This document shows, piece after piece, positions 9,505 to 19,959 of a stretch of 64,000 nucleotides of DNA; positions within the stretch are counted from its first letter, which is position 1, and every line of letters starts with the position of its first letter. A program made the translations under genes and the position numbers. Source of the DNA: Escherichia phage vB_Eco_F31; sequence record OP870147.1. One strand, 5' to 3'. The notes under the pieces are model-generated. The model searched no databases. It had not been told where the DNA came from and saw nothing but the letters and a program-made list of their open reading frames with translations.

Positions 9505-11019
9505 ATGACTGACATTAAAGTACATTTTTATGATTTTAGTCACGTGCGCATTGAATGCGACGAAAGTACGTTTTACGAACTTCGTGACTTTTTTAGCTTT
9601 GAAGCTGACGGGTATAAATTTAACCCAAAATATCGCTATGGGCAATGGGATGGTAGAATTCGACTTTTAGATTACAATCGTTTGTTACCATATGGACTTG
9701 TAGGACAAATAAAAAAGTTCTGTAACAATATGAGTTATTCTGTATGGATTGACCCTAAAATCTTTGAGACTGAAGACCTTACCAGGGAAGATTTTGACGC
9801 ATGGCTTTCTAAACAAGAAATTTATTCTGGCAACGCCAAAATTGAACCACATTGGTATCAAAAAGATGCAGTATATGAAGGACTAGTTAATCGTCGTCGA
9901 ATTTTAAACCTTCCGACATCAGCAGGTAAATCACTAATCCAAGCACTTTTAGCTCGGTATTATCTAGAGAACTATGAAGGTAAAATTCTCATTATCGTCC
10001 CTACAACAGCATTGACAACCCAGATGGCTAATGATTTTGTTGATTATCGCTTGTTTAGTCATTCGATGATTAAGAAAATTGGCGGTGGTGCTGATAAAGC
10101 GGACAAATCTAAAAACGACGCTCCAATTATTGTTGGCACATGGCAAACGGTAGTTAAGCAGCCTAAAGAATGGTTCTCTCAGTTCGGTATGATGATGAAC
10201 GATGAATGCCACTTAGCAACAGGCAAAAGTATTTCTTCAATCATCTCAGGATTAAATAATTGTATGTTTAAATTCGGTTTATCCGGCTCATTAAGAGACG
10301 GAAAAGCCAATGTAATGCAGTACGTAGGAATGTTCGGTGAAATCTTCCGTCCTGTTAGCACGTCTAAATTAATGGAAGATGGACAAGTAACTGAGCTTAA
10401 GATTAATAGTATTTTCCTTCGTTATCCGGACGAATTCGCCACCAAATTAAAAGGTAAAACATACCAAGAAGAAGTTAAAATTATTACCGGACTAAAACGT
10501 CGTACAAAGTGGATTGCTCAACTTTCGGTCAAATTGGCTAAGAAAGACGAGAACGCCTTTGTAATGTTTAAACATGTTACACACGGTAAAGAAATATTTG
10601 AAGCTATTAAAGAGCTTGGATACGAAAAAGTTTATTACGTATCAGGTGAAGTTGATACTGAAACACGTAACGCGCTTAAAGTCATGGCAGAAAATGGTAA
10701 AGGCATTATTATTGTCGCATCATATGGAGTATTCTCTACTGGTATTTCAGTCAAGAATCTTCATCATGTTATTTTTGCCCATGGTGTTAAATCAAAAATT
10801 ATCGTACTTCAAACCGTAGGTCGCGTGCTTCGTAAGCATGGTTCTAAAGCTGTTGCTACAGTTTGGGATCTCATCGACGATGCAGGTGTAAAACCTAAAT
10901 CATTAAATACTAAAAAGAAGTATACTCATCTTAATTACTTGTTAAAACACGGTATTGATCGTATCCAACGTTACGCTGATGAGAAATTTAACTATGTAAT
11001 GAAAACAATTAATTTATAA
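9505..11019 (+). CDS. uvsW: UvsW DNA/RNA helicase
   Basis: 504-aa ORF with helicase motifs (NLPTSAGKS Walker A, DECH box); T4 synteny; TATAAATA at 9467-9474. Confidence 0.9.
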   Translation: MTDIKVHFYDFSHVRIECDESTFYELRDFFSFEADGYKFNPKYRYGQWDGRIRLLDYNRLLPYGLVGQIKKFCNNMSYSVWIDPKIFETEDLTREDFDAWLSKQEIYSGNAKIEPHWYQKDAVYEGLVNRRRILNLPTSAGKSLIQALLARYYLENYEGKILIIVPTTALTTQMANDFVDYRLFSHSMIKKIGGGADKADKSKNDAPIIVGTWQTVVKQPKEWFSQFGMMMNDECHLATGKSISSIISGLNNCMFKFGLSGSLRDGKANVMQYVGMFGEIFRPVSTSKLMEDGQVTELKINSIFLRYPDEFATKLKGKTYQEEVKIITGLKRRTKWIAQLSVKLAKKDENAFVMFKHVTHGKEIFEAIKELGYEKVYYVSGEVDTETRNALKVMAENGKGIIIVASYGVFSTGISVKNLHHVIFAHGVKSKIIVLQTVGRVLRKHGSKAVATVWDLIDDAGVKPKSLNTKKKYTHLNYLLKHGIDRIQRYADEKFNYVMKTINL

Positions 11020-11033
11020 GGGCTTCGGCCCTT
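11018..11033 (+). other. Intercistronic UUCG hairpin overlapping the uvsW stop codon, no U-tract
   Basis: AAGGGCttcgGCCCTT followed by the uvsW.1 RBS. Confidence 0.5.
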
Positions 11034-11044
11034 AGGAGATAAAA

Positions 11045-11275
11045 ATGGTACTTGAATTTAAACAATTTTTATACGAAGCATCTATTGACGAATTCATGGG
11101 TAAAATTGCTAGTTGTCATACCCTAGAAGGGCTTGAAGAATTGGAAGCTTATTATAAGAAACGTATAAAAGAAACGGAATTAAAAGATACAGATGATATT
11201 TCTGTCAGGGATGCCTTAGCAGGTAAGCGTGCCGAACTTGAAGGCGATGATGAGGATGTGGAAGAAGACTTCTAA
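11045..11275 (+). CDS. uvsW.1: UvsW.1 small acidic protein
   Basis: 76-aa ORF directly after uvsW, RBS GGAGAT, same size as T4 UvsW.1. Confidence 0.7.
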   Translation: MVLEFKQFLYEASIDEFMGKIASCHTLEGLEELEAYYKKRIKETELKDTDDISVRDALAGKRAELEGDDEDVEEDF

Positions 11276-11333
11276 TTAAAAAAAGGCCCGACCTTTTTGG
11301 AAGGGCCAAAAACCATAGGCAAAAAAGGTAACA

Positions 11334-11502
11334 CTATAGTAAAAGTTGGGTTTCGTTCAATTGCTCTTCTGAACTTTCTGAAACCGGCAATTGTTGGACA
11401 TAGTTATAACAAGGACCAGGATGTGCTGGGCCTTTGTCTGTTTCAACAACCAATGTAGAATCGATTGGAGTTTTACAGACAACACAAATCTTATCTGACA
11501 TG
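11334..11502 (-). pseudogene. Small ORF with strong RBS interrupted by an apparent +1 nt frameshift (19-aa frame; ~55 aa if corrected)
   Basis: AGGAGG 5 nt upstream of ATG at 11502; frame stops after MSDKICVVCKTPIDFYIGC; removing one T of the TTT run restores ...DSTLVVETDKGPAHPGPCYNYVQQLPVSESSEEQLNETQLLL*. Confidence 0.3.
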
Positions 11503-11533
11503 ATTGCCTCCTAAGTTGAAATTACATATCTAT

Positions 11534-11758
11534 TTATACAACTCTCATATGCATATCAATGCCCATATCTTTAGAATAAAAATATTCATCAAGATATCCG
11601 GCAAATTTTCCTTTAATATAAAGGACGTCTTCACCACACGGGTGGTCTGCCAGGATACGAATATCCTGACGACGTAGACGATACTTTTCCATTAAGAATT
11701 TAATTTCAGTTTCAAATTCTTCGTCATTATTAAAGGCATCTTCAATTGAATAACGCAT
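11534..11758 (-). CDS. Hypothetical protein (T4 uvsY.-2 position)
   Basis: 74-aa ORF immediately downstream of uvsY with overlapping stop/start. Confidence 0.6.
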   Translation of the reverse strand: MRYSIEDAFNNDEEFETEIKFLMEKYRLRRQDIRILADHPCGEDVLYIKGKFAGYLDEYFYSKDMGIDMHMRVV

Positions 11759-12171
11759 TATTGCCCCGCTTCAAATTCTCGCATATCCTGGATATGTTTA
11801 AGTGCAAAACTACGAGACTTAACTGCGTCAAGTGCACCACTACAGAACTCAAGTAAAATTCCCCAGTATTGTAAAGTAGTCTCTATTTTAAGCACATCTT
11901 TATCTGCAGCCAGGACAGTTTTCATTTCAGATTTCTCGTATCGGTCCATACTGAATTCATCACCGTCACCTCGTCCCGAGTAGTAGTCTAATCTTGCTTT
12001 TAGAGCAGTTTTCTTCTGAGTCTCTATACGCAACATTTCTTTACGAATAAATGAGTGCTTACGTAGCCATTTGCTGTATAACTTAACATTATTCGCCGTC
12101 TCATATTGCAACTTTGTCATATCAATAGCTAAGTCTGCGTCTAACTCTTCCTGTAAATCTTCCAGCTTCAT
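11758..12171 (-). CDS. uvsY: UvsY recombination mediator
   Basis: 137-aa ORF; ...KLQYE.ANNV.LYSKWL...EMLRIE.QKK.ALKARLDYYSGRGDGDEFSMDRYEKSEMKTVL matches T4 UvsY; MotA-box middle promoter upstream. Confidence 0.93.
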   Translation of the reverse strand: MKLEDLQEELDADLAIDMTKLQYETANNVKLYSKWLRKHSFIRKEMLRIETQKKTALKARLDYYSGRGDGDEFSMDRYEKSEMKTVLAADKDVLKIETTLQYWGILLEFCSGALDAVKSRSFALKHIQDMREFEAGQ

Positions 12172-12225
12172 AATATTCTCTCTTTAACTAATAATCTCCC
12201 GGCTGTATCGGAAGGACCTAAAACC

Positions 12226-12250
12226 ATTATACATAGGTTGCCTTGAAGCA
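12226..12250 (-). promoter_or_regulatory. MotA-dependent middle promoter for uvsY
   Basis: Minus strand aTGCTTCAaggcaacctatgTATAAT: MotA box, 12-nt gap, -10. Confidence 0.55.
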
Positions 12251-12649
12251 TTACACTCTATTGCTTGACGCTAACTGAAGTTTAATTTGTTCAATATCGT
12301 CAGGGTTGTCTACGACCGAAAATCTAATCTCTACTATAACCGTATAGTCATCATATACTGGCGTTACACTTACAGAAAGTTTGTCGATGCGTGGCTCATA
12401 GTTACGAACAGCTGCCTGGATATTACGCTCAATCGTATCGGCTGTAAGTGGTGTCATGTTCTCGAAAAGTTCATCGACCAAATCACATCCAAATTCAGGG
12501 TCGAAGGGGCGTGAGCCTTTTCTAGTTGTCACTATGCCAAGAAGACTATTTTTAATAGAACGAAGTCCTACAGAACGAGCAACGTCCTTGTTCCAATCCA
12601 TACGCATTTCTGGGTCGATATCTGAATAAAGTTTATTGATATTAGACAT
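12251..12649 (-). CDS. 25: Baseplate wedge protein gp25
   Basis: 132-aa ORF, same length as T4 gp25, downstream of gp26 with overlapping stop/start. Confidence 0.85.
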   Translation of the reverse strand: MSNINKLYSDIDPEMRMDWNKDVARSVGLRSIKNSLLGIVTTRKGSRPFDPEFGCDLVDELFENMTPLTADTIERNIQAAVRNYEPRIDKLSVSVTPVYDDYTVIVEIRFSVVDNPDDIEQIKLQLASSNRV

Positions 12650-13275
12650 TATAGTAACTCAAAGAATTCTTTGAGGCCTCGTATTGTGTGAACGTGTGAC
12701 GCCCCACATTTGGGACATTTAATAGGGGTTGCTAGATAAATTGATGGTGATACTAAAAGATTTTTAATATTGATCATGTCATCTTCCGTTATAAGGCCAT
12801 AAAGGTCGTTTATTTCTGCTTCAGTTAAATCTTCAACAGGGATGGACTCTCCATTGACAAAAACGGCCTCAATACATGAAGCAATCATTAATGCGATATT
12901 TTTATCGTCAAATAATTTAGGTTGACGGAACTTAATTTTAATACCGCTGAACGAATACCAGGGATCGGCCTGTTCATCTAATTGAGTGTGCAATAAATTC
13001 ATATAGACTTGAAATGAATGCCCACAGGAACAATTCCAGGTGTGTTCTTGATTCACTTCACCTAATGAATGGGCCCACAGATTTACCAACAATAGCTCGG
13101 CTTCTTGTTTAGTCAAGTTTTTAGCGTTAGAGCAATTAGTGATAATATTGTTCACTGCTGATTCAATAGTACCGGTAGCCCGTGCACCTATGAGTCCTAA
13201 ATATTCTTTTAAAGTAAAGGCTCTACAATTCACTTCTTTATCGCCTAAACGTACGGTAAACGTATATTTGTACAT
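12649..13275 (-). CDS. 26: Baseplate hub protein gp26
   Basis: 208-aa ORF (T4 gp26 208 aa), divergent from gene 51 with overlapping late promoters. Confidence 0.8.
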   Translation of the reverse strand: MYKYTFTVRLGDKEVNCRAFTLKEYLGLIGARATGTIESAVNNIITNCSNAKNLTKQEAELLLVNLWAHSLGEVNQEHTWNCSCGHSFQVYMNLLHTQLDEQADPWYSFSGIKIKFRQPKLFDDKNIALMIASCIEAVFVNGESIPVEDLTEAEINDLYGLITEDDMINIKNLLVSPSIYLATPIKCPKCGASHVHTIRGLKEFFELL

Positions 13276-13293
13276 GTTAACTCCTTTATTGTG

Positions 13294-13305
13294 TATTTAT
13301 AAATA
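13294..13305. promoter_or_regulatory. Overlapping divergent late promoters (TATAAATA on both strands) for genes 26 (-) and 51 (+)
   Basis: tatttataaata: plus TATAAATA 13298-13305, minus TATAAATA 13294-13301. Confidence 0.55.
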
Positions 13306-13322
13306 ATAGAAAAGGAGTAATT

Positions 13323-14075
13323 ATGGCTAATATAATTCGTTGTAAATTACCGGATGGTGTTCATCGTTTTAAGCCGTTCACTGTGGCGGATTATAGAGAC
13401 TTTTTACTAGTTAGAAATGATATCGAACATCGTTCGCCGCAAGAACAAAAAGAAATAATTGCCGATCTGATTGATGATTATTTTGGCGAGTACCCTAAAA
13501 CATGGCAACCATTTATATTCCTGCAAGTTTTTGCAGGCTCTATAGGCAAAACAAAAGTTCCCGTTATTTTCACTTGCCCTAAATGCTCTAAAGAAAAAAC
13601 TGCACCATTTGAGATATATCAAAAAGAACTAGTCGAACCTGAACTTGATGTTGCTGGTATAAAAATACGTTTTTCTTTCCCTGAAAAGTTTTATGACAAC
13701 AAGGCATTAATGATAAGTGAAAACATAAAAGAAATATATTATAATGACAAATGGTACCCATGGAATGATTTGACTGAAGAGAACCAAATCCAAGTAATAG
13801 AAGCAATAGACATTGACTCGCTCGAGAAGGTTATTGCTTCTATGAACCCTATTAATTTGACCCTTAGATTAGGTTGTTGTGAACGTCATGTTAAAACATA
13901 TACTGATATCTTAGAGGTTTTTAAATTGTTAGTTAACCCTGATGAGATTTTTACATTCTATCAGATAAACCATTCACTGGTAAAGAGTCAATACACATTG
14001 GATTCTATTATGCAAATGATTCCTGTTGAACGTGGTATTGCTTTAACATTAGTAGAAAAGGACCATAAAAAATGA
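13323..14075 (+). CDS. 51: Baseplate hub assembly catalyst gp51
   Basis: 250-aa ORF, T4 synteny, TATAAATA at 13298-13305. Confidence 0.8.
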   Translation: MANIIRCKLPDGVHRFKPFTVADYRDFLLVRNDIEHRSPQEQKEIIADLIDDYFGEYPKTWQPFIFLQVFAGSIGKTKVPVIFTCPKCSKEKTAPFEIYQKELVEPELDVAGIKIRFSFPEKFYDNKALMISENIKEIYYNDKWYPWNDLTEENQIQVIEAIDIDSLEKVIASMNPINLTLRLGCCERHVKTYTDILEVFKLLVNPDEIFTFYQINHSLVKSQYTLDSIMQMIPVERGIALTLVEKDHKK

Positions 14076-15244
14076 AAGTATTCCAACGTCCAGGATATCC
14101 TAACTTAAGCGTTAAATTATACCAAGATTATTCGGCTTGGCAAGAAAATAGATACGTTGAACTCGCTGCAACAATAACAACTTTAACCATGCGAGATTCG
14201 CTATATGGAAGAAATGAAGGGATTCTTCAATTTTATGACACTAAAAACATCCACACTAAAATGGACGGTAGACAGATAGTTCAAATCTCTGTTTCAAATT
14301 CAAACACACCTCTCCAAGTTAGAACTCGAATTTATGGATGTAGACATTATTCTGTGTCTGTGGACTCAAAAGGTGACAATATTATTGCAATTGAGCTTGG
14401 AACAATACATTCTATAGAGAACCTTAAATTTGGGCGACCATTCTTCCCGGACGCAGGCGAATCTATACGTGAAATGTTAGGTGTCATATACAAAGACCGT
14501 GCGTTAATTACTCCGCCAATAAACACTATTAATGCTTATGTTCCTGATATCCCTTGGACAAGCACATTTGATGATTATTTGGCATATGTCAGAGAATTAG
14601 GACTTGCTACAGCGAGTGATAAGTTCGTATTCGTATGGCAAGATATTTTAGGCGTAAACATGATTGACTACGATACTCTTATTGGTCAGGAAGGCATTAA
14701 GATGATTGTAGGTGAGCCAAATACTGTAGGTCAGTATATTCAAGAGCTTGAGTATCCATTAGTATGGGATTTCACCTGGATGACTAAAGCCAACCAATTT
14801 ACAAGAGACCCTATTAAAAACGCCACGATATTCGCTCATTCATTTTTAGATACATCTATTCCGGTTATTGTTACAGGCGATGGTGATAATGCTATTGTTG
14901 TGTCAAGATCAGGTGGATATTCCGAAATGACCTATCGTAATGGATTTGAAGAAGCAAGTCGTCTTCAGACAATGGCTCAATATGACGGATATGCTAAATG
15001 CACTACTACAGGTAATTTTAACATAACGCCTGCTACTAAAATTATATTTGTTGACCAAAAGAACCAATTCAAATCCGAATTTTACGTGGATGAAGTTATT
15101 CATGAGTTATCAAATAACAACTCACAAACTCATCTGTACATGTTTACCAACTCAATGGTGTTAGAACCTGTTAACCCAGTTAAGGTTAAAAATGAACTTA
15201 AATCTGATTCTACCTCTAAAGAAAATAATTCTACCACAGTCTAA
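14072..15244 (+). CDS. 27: Baseplate hub protein gp27
   Basis: 390-aa ORF (T4 gp27 391 aa), start overlaps gp51 stop. Confidence 0.85.
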   Translation: MKVFQRPGYPNLSVKLYQDYSAWQENRYVELAATITTLTMRDSLYGRNEGILQFYDTKNIHTKMDGRQIVQISVSNSNTPLQVRTRIYGCRHYSVSVDSKGDNIIAIELGTIHSIENLKFGRPFFPDAGESIREMLGVIYKDRALITPPINTINAYVPDIPWTSTFDDYLAYVRELGLATASDKFVFVWQDILGVNMIDYDTLIGQEGIKMIVGEPNTVGQYIQELEYPLVWDFTWMTKANQFTRDPIKNATIFAHSFLDTSIPVIVTGDGDNAIVVSRSGGYSEMTYRNGFEEASRLQTMAQYDGYAKCTTTGNFNITPATKIIFVDQKNQFKSEFYVDEVIHELSNNNSQTHLYMFTNSMVLEPVNPVKVKNELKSDSTSKENNSTTV

Positions 15245-15725
15245 TAAAAAGGTAATGATTCCTAAATTAGGGCTTAAACATTATAATCTTTTAAAGGACG
15301 TTAAAGGTCCTGATGAAAACATGAAAATCTTAGCTGATTCTATTTGTAAAAATATGAGTCCCGCAGATTTTGATTTTGCATGTCTACATATATTGGAATT
15401 TAATAACAAACTTAAGTCTGAAGTTGAAAAAGACGGATTCACATATAAACTAGATGACGTCTATGTATGCCAACGAACAGAATTCCAATTCCAAGGCAAT
15501 ACTTTTTATTTTAGACCTCCAGGCAAATTTGAACAATTCGCTACAATCAGTGAAATGCTATCAAATTGCTTAATAAAAGTTAATGACGAAGAGAAAGAAA
15601 TTTCTTTCCTTGAGATGCCTGCTTTTGTAATCAAATGGGCAGAAGACCTTTCGACAACTATTGCTATTCCAGGCCCTAATGGTCCTATTAAGGGTATAGC
15701 AGAAATTATTGGATTGCTTGAATGA
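15192..15725 (+). CDS. 28: Baseplate hub distal protein gp28
   Basis: 177-aa ORF overlapping 3' end of 27, size equals T4 gp28. Confidence 0.75.
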   Translation: MNLNLILPLKKIILPQSNKKVMIPKLGLKHYNLLKDVKGPDENMKILADSICKNMSPADFDFACLHILEFNNKLKSEVEKDGFTYKLDDVYVCQRTEFQFQGNTFYFRPPGKFEQFATISEMLSNCLIKVNDEEKEISFLEMPAFVIKWAEDLSTTIAIPGPNGPIKGIAEIIGLLE

Positions 15726-17494
15726 AACCTGAAGAAATGAAATCCATGCGTAGAAATAAGGTCATTGCCGATAATAAACCACAAAAAGTAGCTGCAACAG
15801 CAGCTACCGATTCATTAGAAGCATTGAATGACATTTCATCAAAACTAGACGATGTCCAAGCCGCGTCTGAACTCACATCACAAAGTGTAGAAGATAAAGG
15901 CAATGGAATTATTGAATCAATTGGAGACTTAAAGAATTCGACAGATAATACTGCTGAAGGCACAGAGCTTATCGCAGAAGTTATTGAAAAACAAACTGAA
16001 GTCACTAAAAGTATAAACGAAGTTTCTAGTGCAATAAGCTCTAAGTTAGACCGATTAGCTACATTATTAGAGCAAAAATTACAAACATCTACCGCTATTC
16101 AAAATACAGGAGGCACCTCTCTTGAAGTAATTGAGAACGCGATACCTGTTAAAGTGGTTGAGAACGAAACTTCTGATGAGTTGTTTAAAGCATTACCTAC
16201 ACCTGAAAAGATTGATAATAAGCCAGACGAAGATTTCTTCCCAGTCCCGGTTCAAGAAAGTGCTAATTCTACTTCCGATTCTAAAGGCGGAATTAGCTTT
16301 AAATTGAGCGATAAAATTGCAATGCTCACCAAAACAGTTCAAACCGGGTTTAATAAATCAATATCCATTTCAGACAGAATTGCTGGAATGCTTTTCAAAT
16401 ACACTATAACGGCTGCTATTGAAGCAGCAAAAATGGCCGCACTTATTCTTGGTATTGTTATCGGTATTGATTTATTGATAGTCCATTTCAAATATTGGAC
16501 AGACAAGTTCACTTCTGCCTGGGATTTATTTGATGAAAACTTTACTAAATTCTCCGATGAAGCTAAAGAGTGGGGTAAATTCTTAAGTGATATATTCACT
16601 TCTATTGACTCGATAAAACAAATGTGGGAAGCTGGAGACTGGGGTGGTTTAACCGTTGCTATTGTCAAAGGTGTAGGAACAGCATTAATGAACTTAGGTG
16701 AACTAATTCAATTAGGAATGGCTAAACTCTCCGCGTCTATATTGCGTGCTATAGGTTTTGGTGATACCGCGGACGAAATAGAAGGACGTGCTTTGGAAGG
16801 ATTCCAAGAAACTACTGGGAACAAATTAAAGAAAGAAGACCAAGAGAAAGTCGCTAAATATCAAATGAAGCGTGACGATGGGGAATTAGGAACCGTTTCT
16901 AAAGGTCTTGATATGTTACAACGCGGCAAAACATTCGTTACTAACTGGGTTCGTGGTAATGACAATAAAGAAGAGTTTAGTACAAGTGATGAGCGCGCTG
17001 CGGAATCAGCAAAATTAAAAGAGTTACCTGAAGAGGAGCGTAAAGAGGCGTACATAAAAGCTAATGAAACTCGTGCGGCAATAGTTAGATTTGAGGATTA
17101 TATCGATAAAATCGATATGACTAATCCAGAAAATGCTAAAAACGTCGAGAAGTCTTATGCTGATTTAAGTAAACTTATTAAAGACCCTGAACTTAATAAA
17201 ACTCCTGTTGTTAAAAAGGAAATAGATGCTAGATTTGAAAAGCTAAATAATAAAATGGCTGAAGCCAAAAAGGCTCAGACAACAGTTAAGCCTGAATCTT
17301 CGACTAAATCTCCGGAAGCAAAACAAGTTCAGTCAATAGAGAAAGGACGTGCTTCTGAATCTAAACAACAGCAACCGGTAGCGGCGATTAGTAACACAAA
17401 TAATGTCGTCAAAAAGAATACCGTAGTCCAGAATATGACCCCTGTAACAAGTACAACGGCTCCTGGAATTTTCCATGCCACCGGTGTTAATTAA
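15722..17494 (+). CDS. 29: Baseplate hub / tail length determinator gp29
   Basis: 590-aa ORF (T4 gp29 590 aa), start overlaps gp28 stop. Confidence 0.85.
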   Translation: MKPEEMKSMRRNKVIADNKPQKVAATAATDSLEALNDISSKLDDVQAASELTSQSVEDKGNGIIESIGDLKNSTDNTAEGTELIAEVIEKQTEVTKSINEVSSAISSKLDRLATLLEQKLQTSTAIQNTGGTSLEVIENAIPVKVVENETSDELFKALPTPEKIDNKPDEDFFPVPVQESANSTSDSKGGISFKLSDKIAMLTKTVQTGFNKSISISDRIAGMLFKYTITAAIEAAKMAALILGIVIGIDLLIVHFKYWTDKFTSAWDLFDENFTKFSDEAKEWGKFLSDIFTSIDSIKQMWEAGDWGGLTVAIVKGVGTALMNLGELIQLGMAKLSASILRAIGFGDTADEIEGRALEGFQETTGNKLKKEDQEKVAKYQMKRDDGELGTVSKGLDMLQRGKTFVTNWVRGNDNKEEFSTSDERAAESAKLKELPEEERKEAYIKANETRAAIVRFEDYIDKIDMTNPENAKNVEKSYADLSKLIKDPELNKTPVVKKEIDARFEKLNNKMAEAKKAQTTVKPESSTKSPEAKQVQSIEKGRASESKQQQPVAAISNTNNVVKKNTVVQNMTPVTSTTAPGIFHATGVN

Positions 17495-17502
17495 GGATTA
17501 TT

Positions 17503-18612
17503 ATGATTAGTGTAAAAGAAATAGTAGTAGATGCAAAGGATTTAAATAAAGCAATCCCAGTATCAGAAAGTGCTGGGCAAAGCACTAAAACCGAAACAAC
17601 TACTAAAACTTATGTTGCTCAATTTCCTACAGGAAGAGCAGCCGGAAATGACTCCACAGGAGACTTCCAGGTAACAGACCTTTATAAGAATGGATTATTA
17701 TTTACCGCGTACAATATGTCTGCACGCGATTCAGGATCCCTCAGGAATTTACGTCCGGCATACGCTGGTACTTCATCTAATGGTATCATATCAGATTTAA
17801 CTGATAACGTGAAAGATGCAGTGACTAAATTCTCAAACGGATTGCTTCCTGCCGGAGCTAATAAGTCTACTATAAATAAAACTCCTGTTGCTAATATACT
17901 TTTGCCACGTTCCAAATCTGACGTTGATACAACTTCACATCGTTTTAATGATATCGGTGATAGCCTTATTACTAAAGGTGGAGGTACTGCTACAGGTGTT
18001 TTAAGTAACATTGCTTCTACTGCAGTTTTTGGTGCATTAGATTCTATTACTCAAGGGCTTATGGCTGATAATAACGAACAGATTTATACGACTTCTCGTA
18101 GTATGTATGGCGGTGCTGAGAACCGTACTAAAGTCTTTACATGGGATTTAACTCCGCGTTCAACTGAAGACCTTATGGCTATTATAAACATTTACCAGTA
18201 TTTTAACTATTTCTCATATGGTGAGACTGGTAAATCACAGTACGCCCAAGAGATTAAAAGTTATTTAGACGAATGGTACCGTTCAACGTTTATTGAGCCT
18301 ATGACACCAGACGATGCAGTAAAAAATAAGACATTGTTTGAAAAGATTACTGCGTCATTAACAAATGTATTAGTTGTAAGCAACCCTACAATTTGGATGG
18401 TTAAAAACTTTGGTTATACGTCTAAATTTGATGGATTAACTGACGTATTTGGTCCATGCCAAATACAAAGCGTACGTTTTGATAAAACTCCAAATGGACA
18501 ATTTAATGGTCTTGCTGTTGCTCCTAACTTACCATCAACATTTACGTTAGAGATAACAATGCGAGAAATTATTACATTAAACCGTTCTTCACTTTATGCG
18601 GGGACTTTCTAA
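17503..18612 (+). CDS. 48: Baseplate-tail tube junction protein gp48
   Basis: 369-aa ORF, T4 synteny. Confidence 0.8.
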   Translation: MISVKEIVVDAKDLNKAIPVSESAGQSTKTETTTKTYVAQFPTGRAAGNDSTGDFQVTDLYKNGLLFTAYNMSARDSGSLRNLRPAYAGTSSNGIISDLTDNVKDAVTKFSNGLLPAGANKSTINKTPVANILLPRSKSDVDTTSHRFNDIGDSLITKGGGTATGVLSNIASTAVFGALDSITQGLMADNNEQIYTTSRSMYGGAENRTKVFTWDLTPRSTEDLMAIINIYQYFNYFSYGETGKSQYAQEIKSYLDEWYRSTFIEPMTPDDAVKNKTLFEKITASLTNVLVVSNPTIWMVKNFGYTSKFDGLTDVFGPCQIQSVRFDKTPNGQFNGLAVAPNLPSTFTLEITMREIITLNRSSLYAGTF

Positions 18613-19574
18613 TGTACTCTTTAGAAGAATTTAATAACCAAGCTATAAATGCGGATTTCCAACGAAACAATATGTTTAGTTGTGTATTTGCTACTACCCC
18701 ATCGACCAAATCATCTTCACTAATTTCGTCAATTGGTAGTTTTGCTTATAATAACTTAGGGTTGGATTCAGATTGGCTAGGATTGTCTCAAGGTGATATC
18801 AATCAGGGCGTAACAACCCTGATTACAGCAGGAACACAGAAATTAATTCGAAAATCGGGTGCAAGTAAATATCTGATTGGAGCAATGAGTCAACGTACGG
18901 TACAAAGCTTGTTAGGTGAGTTCACAGTAGGAACTTATCTGATAGACTTCTTCAATATGGCATATAATAATACAGGTTTAATGATTTATTCTGTAAAAAT
19001 GCCTGAGAACCGATTATCTTATGAAACGGATTTCAACTATAACTCCCCGAACATCCGAATTACCGGTCGTGAAATGGACCCGTTAGTAATAAGCTTTAGA
19101 ATGGATTCCGAAGCATCTAACTTTAGAGCAATGCAAGACTGGGTAAACTCAGTCCAAGACCCTGTAACAGGTCTTCGTGCTTTACCACAAGACGTCGAAG
19201 CAGATATTCAGGTTAATTTACACGCACGAAATGGTTTACCACATACCGCTGTCATGTTCACAGGATGTATTCCTGTTAGTGTCTCTTCTCCTGAGTTAAC
19301 GTATGATGGTGATAATCAGATAACAGTTTTTGATGTAACATTTGCTTATCGCGTTATGCAATCAGGTGCTGTAAATAGACAGGCCGCTTTAGAATGGCTG
19401 GAATCAGGACTTATTAGTAGTGTTTCAGGAATGTTTGGAAATAATCAGAATGATTCTGGACTAGGAAGTGCAGTATCAAGACTTTCTAGATTAGGTGGGA
19501 CTGCTGGTGGTGTGTCTAATATAAACACATTGACAGGTGTGGTGAATTCTGCGTCAAGAGTTTTAGGACTATAA
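18612..19574 (+). CDS. 54: Baseplate-tail tube initiator gp54
   Basis: 320-aa ORF (T4 gp54 320 aa), start overlaps gp48 stop, followed by bidirectional hairpin. Confidence 0.85.
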   Translation: MYSLEEFNNQAINADFQRNNMFSCVFATTPSTKSSSLISSIGSFAYNNLGLDSDWLGLSQGDINQGVTTLITAGTQKLIRKSGASKYLIGAMSQRTVQSLLGEFTVGTYLIDFFNMAYNNTGLMIYSVKMPENRLSYETDFNYNSPNIRITGREMDPLVISFRMDSEASNFRAMQDWVNSVQDPVTGLRALPQDVEADIQVNLHARNGLPHTAVMFTGCIPVSVSSPELTYDGDNQITVFDVTFAYRVMQSGAVNRQAALEWLESGLISSVSGMFGNNQNDSGLGSAVSRLSRLGGTAGGVSNINTLTGVVNSASRVLGL

Positions 19575-19575
19575 G

Positions 19576-19600
19576 AAAAAGGGAGACGTTGTCTCCCTTT
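19576..19600. terminator. Bidirectional terminator between gene 54 (+) and the alt operon (-)
   Basis: aaaaaGGGAGACgttGTCTCCCttt. Confidence 0.7.
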
Positions 19601-19606
19601 AGGGGT

Positions 19607-19900
19607 TTATTTACGGAATGAAAGGAATGCTGGTGCTCGGAATGGAGTATCATCTTTAGAGTATTTAACTAATACGACCATTGGTACCTCTGTTTCTAAA
19701 TGACCTGTCACCACACCGATAAAAATTTGATCAGTGTGCTCAGGGTCACGAAAGTTTTTAAGAGGTTCCATAGCAATATGGAATGCACCTGGGAATACTC
19801 GATTCAATTCGTCAATCACAGCTTCGTTAAAAACATCATCCGCTGGGATAGCATCTTCAACTACTAGTTCTTGACCATTAAAGCGAAGCATAGATTTCAT
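19607..19900 (-). CDS. Hypothetical protein downstream of alt (alt.-1-like); start moved to internal ATG
   Basis: ORF-track 19607..19972 would overlap the alt stop and an early promoter; ATG at 19900 has RBS GAGG (MKSMLRFNGQ...). Confidence 0.5.
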   Translation of the reverse strand: MKSMLRFNGQELVVEDAIPADDVFNEAVIDELNRVFPGAFHIAMEPLKNFRDPEHTDQIFIGVVTGHLETEVPMVVLVKYSKDDTPFRAPAFLSFRK

Positions 19901-19924
19901 AACGTTTTCCTCATGTTGTTGATG

Positions 19925-19959
19925 GGATGATAGTATCACACATCCATGTGTTTGTAAAC
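19925..19959 (-). promoter_or_regulatory. Early promoter with 5-bp inverted repeat (GGATG/CATCC) flanking the -10
   Basis: Minus strand GTTTACaaacacatGGATGtgtgaTACTATCATCC. Confidence 0.45.

Noticed and set aside
11281-11315. Terminator call for aaaaaaGGCCCgacctttttggaaGGGCCaaaaa after uvsW.1
   Set aside because: Stem is only 5 bp with a 13-nt loop and the pairing is ambiguous; probably a weak bidirectional terminator, too uncertain to list as a feature.
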